NCBI GenBank assembly: GCA_046754465.1
Contig: JBHHVU010000073.1
Location: forward strand, 1 to 13,295
Direction: 5' to 3'
Length of the DNA: 13,295 bases
Source of the DNA: Nitrospinaceae bacterium
Lineage (GTDB): Bacteria > Nitrospinota > Nitrospinia > Nitrospinales > VA-1
Shown here: in pieces, positions 8,437 to 13,295 of the stretch
Position numbering within the stretch: position 1 is the stretch's first letter
Layout: each line of letters opens with the position of its first letter
Made by a program: the position numbers and the translations under genes
The notes under the pieces: generated by a model
What the model was told of the DNA's origin: nothing
Seen by the model: only the letters and a program-made list of their open reading frames with translations
Database searches by the model: none

Positions 8437-9231
8437 ATGAAAGTAGGATTTGTCCAGAACAAGCCCCTTTTTGGAGACATCCGGCACAACCTGGAACGTG
8501 CGGTCAGTGTGCTGACCGAAGAAACCGCCGACCTCTTCGTACTGCCCGAACTTTTCACCACCGGCTACCAGTTTTCCAGCCGGGAAGAAGCGAGAGAACT
8601 CGCCGAATCCATTCCGCAAGGCCCCACCACCCAGTCCCTCATTTCCCTGGCCGCTAACCGCGGCACCACACTCGTTGCCGGAATCGCCGAGTGGGAAGGA
8701 GATGCGGTCTATAACTCCGCCGTCATCGTGGGTCCCAACGGGTATCTGGGGAAATACCAGAAAGCCCATCTTTTCGATACCGAGAAAGACGTGTTTCACC
8801 CCGGCACCACCCCGCTGCAAGTATTCGACATCGGCCCGGCCCGCGTGGGGATCATGATCTGTTTCGATTGGCGATTCCCCGAAACCGCGCGGACCCTGGC
8901 GCTCCTGGGCGCCGACATCATCGCCCACCCCGCCAACCTGGTTTTGAAACACTGTCCCGACGCCATGATCACCCGCTGCCTCGAAAACCGGGTCTTTGCC
9001 GTCACCGCCGACCGGGTGGGACACGAAGAACGCATCGAAGGCCGTTCCCTGACGTTCATGGGGCAGAGCCAGATCGTGGACCCCGATGGAAACCTCCTTT
9101 GCCGGGCGGACCGCTCTCGGGAAGAAATTCAGGTGCTGGAAATCGATGTGGAAACCGCGCGCAACAAATCGATCAACGAAAAAAACAACCTTTTCGAAGA
9201 TAGAAGAGTGAGTCTTTACAGACTTGAGTAA
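8437..9231 (+). CDS. Carbon-nitrogen hydrolase (nitrilase superfamily amidohydrolase), substrate unknown
   Basis: Glu-Lys-Cys triad in VLPELF, YQKAHLF and MICFDWRFPE, plus F.GQSQIVDPDG. GGAAGG lies 8 nt upstream of the ATG. Confidence 0.92.
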   Translation: MKVGFVQNKPLFGDIRHNLERAVSVLTEETADLFVLPELFTTGYQFSSREEARELAESIPQGPTTQSLISLAANRGTTLVAGIAEWEGDAVYNSAVIVGPNGYLGKYQKAHLFDTEKDVFHPGTTPLQVFDIGPARVGIMICFDWRFPETARTLALLGADIIAHPANLVLKHCPDAMITRCLENRVFAVTADRVGHEERIEGRSLTFMGQSQIVDPDGNLLCRADRSREEIQVLEIDVETARNKSINEKNNLFEDRRVSLYRLE

Positions 9232-9361
9232 TTTTTGTTAACCTGAATTCGATCCTGTCGCGGGAAATAGGATTATTGCGGAGCGCCGGTTCATGGAACA
9301 TCCCGATGCAAGGGTATTTCCGTCCCCCCGGCGCAAGTACACGATTGGAGGAAGGTGTTTT

Positions 9362-9787
9362 ATGGAAACAAACAAATCACGGTTCCTGAAAAACGATGAC
9401 GGCACCATTTATGATTCCCTGACCAGCCTCACCTGGATGGCGAACGATTCCCGGCTGGATCTCGACCGGGAAGTCACCTGGGACGAAGCGAGGCAGTATG
9501 CCAAGGAAATGAACCAGAAAAAATTCGCCGGGAATAACGACTGGCGAATGCCCACCCTGCACGAAGCGTCATCCCTTTTCGACAAAAACTATTTGAATAA
9601 AGATTTCAAGGGAGGAGACATCCACGTCGACTCCATTTTCCCGCCCGGAACGGGGAATTGCACTTGGACCAGCAACACTCGGGGGAAAGAAGCCCAGATC
9701 CTGTTTTATGTGAACGGGTGTCCCTACTGGTACGAAAAAAACGACAAAACTATTTCCCACGCCGTCCGGCTGGTCCGCCGCGACTGA
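9362..9787 (+). CDS. DUF1566 / Lcl C-terminal domain protein
   Basis: Start at ATG 9362 behind GGAGGAAGG. Pattern RF..NDDGTI.D..T.LTW...TWDEA..YA......G.NDWRMPT..E...WTS...VRLVR is typical of DUF1566. No signal peptide is visible. Confidence 0.85.
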   Translation: METNKSRFLKNDDGTIYDSLTSLTWMANDSRLDLDREVTWDEARQYAKEMNQKKFAGNNDWRMPTLHEASSLFDKNYLNKDFKGGDIHVDSIFPPGTGNCTWTSNTRGKEAQILFYVNGCPYWYEKNDKTISHAVRLVRRD

Positions 9788-9806
9788 CCCTCCTTCCGAT
9801 TCGTTT

Positions 9807-10364
9807 TTATTTTTCGAGAAGTTTGGGATTAGGCAGGTGGAGTCCAAACGCCTGAACCTCATCATCCTGGGGAGTGAATTCTCTGTATAACTCCTGAAAC
9901 TCGAGAGTGTCCAGGGAATCATCCATCAATCGTTCGAGCTGGCTTTGGGTGATGCTCTTTTGCGACCCTTCGTCGAACAGGGAGGTCGCGATGCCGATCC
10001 AGTGGGATGAGATGAACCCCTGGTGCACCAAGCGGGTCACGCCGCCTGAAAGCTGCAAGGCCTTCCGGAGGGCGTGCCGGGCGATATAGGCGGGGACGCA
10101 TCGGCCTACCGCCACGACCCGGGACGGATTGTTACCGGGATACACCCACAGGCGCACCCGGGTGTTTCCCATGGCCGCGAATTCCCTCCGGAGGGGTTTC
10201 AATTCCCTGGCATACCGCCTGGATACCCAGGCTTCCAGCTTGACGGGTTTGACGCTCACCGGATCGCATTCCTTGGACGACTGCGCCAGGACGCCGCCGG
10301 ACCCATAACCGGAAATCAATCCCACCAGCATTCCCACCAGCATTCCCTTGCGTAGACGCGTCAT
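9807..10364 (-). CDS. Exported hypothetical protein, paralog 2 (185 aa)
   Basis: Likely start ATG 10364, 4 nt after the paralog 1 stop. Signal-peptide-like MTRLRKGMLVGMLVGLISGYGSGGVLA. The gapless alignment to 10369-10914 supports both as real genes. Confidence 0.85.
   Translation of the reverse strand: MTRLRKGMLVGMLVGLISGYGSGGVLAQSSKECDPVSVKPVKLEAWVSRRYARELKPLRREFAAMGNTRVRLWVYPGNNPSRVVAVGRCVPAYIARHALRKALQLSGGVTRLVHQGFISSHWIGIATSLFDEGSQKSITQSQLERLMDDSLDTLEFQELYREFTPQDDEVQAFGLHLPNPKLLEK
10320..10347. repeat. 12-bp tandem duplication inside a signal peptide
   Basis: TCCCACCAGCAT twice plus TCCC, encoding GMLV-GMLV-G on the minus strand. Confidence 0.85.
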
Positions 10365-10368
10365 CCCG

Positions 10369-10914
10369 TCAATCCACTTTTTTGGCGTTGGGCCGCTGCA
10401 GGCCAAAATAAGGGACCAGTTCGTCCTGGACGGAAAGTTTCCTGTAAAGGGCGTGAAACTCCTCGGTGCTGAGGGAGGGGTCCAGCAATTGGCGCACCTG
10501 CTCCCCGGTCACCTTTTGCTGGGAAGGTTCGTCGAAAAGTGTGGTTCCGACACCGAACCAGTGAGGGGAAATGAAAGCCTGGTTCACCAGGTCCTCCACG
10601 CCTCCGGTATATTTCAAGGCCATTCGTAATAAATGCTGGGCCAGCGGAGCGGGCACGCACCGTCCAATCGCCACCACCTTGGCCGTGTCGCCCATGGGAA
10701 ACACGCGCAACACAACGCGGGTGTGGCCCATTTCCGCGAATTCCCTGGACACGGCTTTTTTCTGCTTCCTGAATTTTTTGGAGATCCACCCTTCCACCTT
10801 GATCGATTTCTTGTCGAAGGAGCCGCATTCCGTCTCCGTAGCGGCGGGTTGGGGGCCCAGGCCAAAAATCATAACGGCCAGGACCAAAATAATAATTTTT
10901 GTTTTTCTAAACAT
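10369..10914 (-). CDS. Exported hypothetical protein, paralog 1 (181 aa)
   Basis: True start ATG 10914 with GGAGG 5 nt upstream (10920-10924). Signal peptide MFRKTKIIILVLAVMIFGLGPQPAA. Homologous to the downstream gene. Confidence 0.88.
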   Translation of the reverse strand: MFRKTKIIILVLAVMIFGLGPQPAATETECGSFDKKSIKVEGWISKKFRKQKKAVSREFAEMGHTRVVLRVFPMGDTAKVVAIGRCVPAPLAQHLLRMALKYTGGVEDLVNQAFISPHWFGVGTTLFDEPSQQKVTGEQVRQLLDPSLSTEEFHALYRKLSVQDELVPYFGLQRPNAKKVD

Positions 10915-10984
10915 GAAAACCTCCGGCATGCTGTTGAGCGGGTTCCTGGCCAGGGAATTGATCCGAGGCATATTCCCGATCCTT

Positions 10985-10993
10985 TGGTATAAT
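10985..10993 (+). promoter_or_regulatory. Perfect extended -10 element (TGnTATAAT)
   Basis: TGGTATAAT in an AT-rich intergenic patch, pointing toward rpoH across the YHS gene. No good -35 at 17 bp. Confidence 0.45.
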
Positions 10994-11069
10994 ATTAACT
11001 TCCCCGGTTTCGGAAATTTCCGGGAAGAGGGTGTTCCCGAGTCCCAGTTTGAAAAAGAGGTTTTCTCGC

Positions 11070-11306
11070 TCACGCGTTTTTTTTCGTAAATTCGTCAGCG
11101 CACGTTTTACTGCAAAAAAAATATTCCTTACCGTGCAGGTTTTTTTGCAGCGCCTCGCTTTTGGGGACGTAGGTTTCGCAATTCGGGTCCTTGATCATCT
11201 CCTTGGCTTCGGTGGTATCCTCCTTTCGGGAAGAGCCGGGAAACAGTGCGCGCACCAGTAGAACGAACACAAGAATGATTAATCCTAAGATGACGATCCG
11301 GGTCAT
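11070..11306 (-). CDS. Small membrane-anchored YHS/TRASH-domain putative metal-binding protein
   Basis: N-terminal TM helix (IVILGLIILVFVLLVRALF) followed by MIKDPNCETYVP...YFFCSKTC, the DPxC...YxFCSxxC motif. Confidence 0.85.
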   Translation of the reverse strand: MTRIVILGLIILVFVLLVRALFPGSSRKEDTTEAKEMIKDPNCETYVPKSEALQKNLHGKEYFFCSKTCADEFTKKNA

Positions 11307-11409
11307 GTTCTTATTTTAATTTTTACCCTGACGTTAATCAACGGTAATCCACCGGTTTTCGGAGGGGCGGGCACCTCCCCGGCATGAACCCGCGCTTGAA
11401 CTCGATCCT

Positions 11410-12345
11410 ATGAATAATAAAGACGAAAGGCAAGAGCCGTCCGAAGGGGAAGAGGAGGATAAAAGCTACCTTCCCGTGAAAGGGCAAGACAAGGCGCTGG
11501 CCCGCCTGGACCCGCTCACCGCCTATCTCCAGGAAATTCGGCAATACGAAGGATTATCCGAGGAAGAAGAACACCGCCTGGCCGTTCAATACAAGGAAAA
11601 AGGCGACCTCAAGGCAGCCTACCGGCTGACCACCGCGCACCTCATGCTGGTGGTCCGCATCGCCATGACCTTCAACCGCGAATGGCAGAACCTGATGGAC
11701 CTGATTCAGGAGGGAAACGTGGGCCTCATGAAGGCTGTTAAAAATTTCGATCCCTTTCGCGGCGTCCGGCTCTCCGCCTATGCCAGCTGGTGGATCAAAT
11801 CCTATATCCTGAAATATATCCTGGACAACTGGAGGCTGGTCAAGGTGGGCACCACCAACGTCCGCCGCAAACTCCTTTTCAATTTGAAAAAGGAAAAAGA
11901 AAAACTGGAGAGGGAAGGAATCGCTCCAACCACCAAGCTTTTGGCCGAGCGGTTCGGAGTGGAGGAGGCGGAGGTGATCGATGTGGATGCCAGCCTGGGC
12001 GCCTCCGATGTTTCCATGGATACCCCGGCCTACGCTGAAAGCACGATGACCCCGAAACACACCCTGGCCGCCGGGGAATCCACCGAAAAACAGGTGGAGT
12101 CCGAAATGTTTCACGAAGTGCTGAAACAGAAAATCGCGGATTTCAAGGTGAACCTGAAACCCATCGAACAGGAAATCCTGGGGGAGAGGATTTTGTCCGA
12201 ATCCCCTCTTTCCCTTCAGGAAATCGGCGACCGGCACGGCATCACCCGGGAGGCCGTCCGCCAATCGGAACAGCGGCTGTTGAAAAAATTCAAAACTTAT
12301 ATCGAAGAACATCTGCCCGAGGCGGCGGAATATTTCAGTCCATGA
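11410..12345 (+). CDS. rpoH: RpoH (sigma-32)-type RNA polymerase sigma factor
   Basis: Region 1.2 (DPLTAYLQEI), region 2 (DLIQEGNVGLMKAVKNFDPFRGVRLSAYASWWI), RpoH-box-like NWRLVKVGTT..RRKLLFNL, and region 4 HTH (SLQEIGDRHGITREAVRQSE). Confidence 0.88.
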   Translation: MNNKDERQEPSEGEEEDKSYLPVKGQDKALARLDPLTAYLQEIRQYEGLSEEEEHRLAVQYKEKGDLKAAYRLTTAHLMLVVRIAMTFNREWQNLMDLIQEGNVGLMKAVKNFDPFRGVRLSAYASWWIKSYILKYILDNWRLVKVGTTNVRRKLLFNLKKEKEKLEREGIAPTTKLLAERFGVEEAEVIDVDASLGASDVSMDTPAYAESTMTPKHTLAAGESTEKQVESEMFHEVLKQKIADFKVNLKPIEQEILGERILSESPLSLQEIGDRHGITREAVRQSEQRLLKKFKTYIEEHLPEAAEYFSP

Positions 12346-12416
12346 ATCCCTGGGAGGGGAAATCGAAACGATCCTGGTGAGTCCGGCCTAAGCGCCCAAA
12401 TTCAAGGAGGGGGATT

Positions 12417-13295
12417 ATGCAATATAGAACCGAAACGGATAGCATGGGGGAGATCCTGGTTCCCGCCAACCGATACTACGGGGCGCAAACCGCCCGGTCG
12501 TTGATCCACTTCGACATTGGAATCGAAACCATGCCCCGCGAGATCATCCGCGCCATGGGCCTGTTGAAAAAAGCGTCCGCGATCGTCAATGCCGGCCTGG
12601 GGTTGCTGCCCAAGGATAAAATGGACCTAATCGTTCAGGCCGCGGATGAAGTCATCGAGGGAAAACTGGATGCGCATTTTCCGCTCCGTATCTGGCAGAC
12701 GGGAAGCGGCACCCAAACCAACATGAACTCCAATGAGGTGATCGCCAACCGGGCCATAGAAATTCACGGCGGTAAAATTGGGTCCAAGGACCCCGTTCAC
12801 CCCAACGACCACGTGAACATGGGCCAGTCCTCCAACGACACGTTCCCGACGGCCATGCACATTTCCGCGGTGGACCGCGTCCACGCGCGGTTGATCCCCG
12901 CGCTCACGCAACTGCGCGACTCCCTCCGCAAAAAGTCCGGGGAGTTCCAGGCAATCATCAAAATCGGCCGCACGCATTTGATGGACGCTACCCCGCTGAC
13001 GCTGGGACAGGAGTTCAGCGGCTACGCCACGCAGTTGGATTACGCGCTGGACCGCGTCGCGGGCTGTCTGCCGCGGCTGTACCAAATCGCCCTGGGCGGC
13101 ACCGCCGTGGGGACCGGTCTCAATTCGCACCCGGACTTCGCGCAGAACGTGGCGGAAGAAATCGCCCGGCTCACGGGCCACCCCTTCGTCACCGCACCCA
13201 ACAAGTTCGAAGCGCTCGCCGCCCACGACGCCATCGTCGAGGCCAGCGGCGTCCTGAAAACCATCGCCTGCTCGCTCATGAAAATCGCCAACGAC
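12417..13295 (+). CDS. fumC: Class II fumarate hydratase, 3'-truncated by the window edge (absent from the ORF track)
   Basis: AAGGAGG then ATG 12417. Manual translation gives [28 protein letters not shown]...[21 protein letters not shown]...[21 protein letters not shown]...[22 protein letters not shown]...[10 protein letters not shown]...[11 protein letters not shown]...SLMKIAND, with no stop in the window. Confidence 0.95.
   Translation, partial: MQYRTETDSMGEILVPANRYYGAQTARSLIHFDIGIETMPREIIRAMGLLKKASAIVNAGLGLLPKDKMDLIVQAADEVIEGKLDAHFPLRIWQTGSGTQTNMNSNEVIANRAIEIHGGKIGSKDPVHPNDHVNMGQSSNDTFPTAMHISAVDRVHARLIPALTQLRDSLRKKSGEFQAIIKIGRTHLMDATPLTLGQEFSGYATQLDYALDRVAGCLPRLYQIALGGTAVGTGLNSHPDFAQNVAEEIARLTGHPFVTAPNKFEALAAHDAIVEASGVLKTIACSLMKIAND

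Noticed and set aside
7282..9024. 580-aa minus-strand ORF
   Set aside because: Antisense shadow of aroC and the hydrolase, which share a frame; no protein-like features of its own.
9294..9310. Sigma54-like TGGAAC...TGCA upstream of the DUF1566 gene
   Set aside because: GG-to-GC spacing is 11 nt rather than the required 10.
10915..11073. 53-aa N-terminal extension of paralog 1
   Set aside because: A strong GGAGG and the signal peptide begin at ATG 10914; the extension looks non-coding.
11395..11411. Sigma32-like -35 CTTGAA before rpoH
   Set aside because: Too close to the start codon; no CCCCAT-like -10 at the 13-14 bp spacing.
11554..13291. Minus-strand ORFs 11554-12312, 12627-13226 and 13040-13291
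   Set aside because: Shadows of rpoH and fumC, which carry clear family signatures on the + strand.

Overview
A mostly housekeeping bacterial window with moderately high GC. Gene content and order suggest a Nitrospina-like or Deltaproteobacteria-like genome; this is inference only. Left to right: the tail of a 22-bp palindromic tandem repeat; a monoheme cytochrome c (+); a convergent MTH1187/YkoF thiamine-binding-family gene (-); a compact pheA-tyrA-cmk-rpsA-sppA cluster, then ihfB with its own sigma70-like promoter; aroC; a nitrilase-superfamily C-N hydrolase; and a DUF1566 (Lcl-type) protein. Next is a minus-strand block of a membrane-anchored YHS/TRASH protein and two tandem, about 49% identical, exported paralogs of a family I do not recognise. 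A divergent RpoH-type sigma factor and the 5' part of class II fumarase fumC follow; fumC runs off the window end. I see no rRNA, tRNA, CRISPR array, transposase or reverse transcriptase. The best candidate for an undescribed system is the YHS protein plus paired exported paralogs divergent from rpoH. Several intergenic regions also carry RNA-like structure or short leader ORFs.
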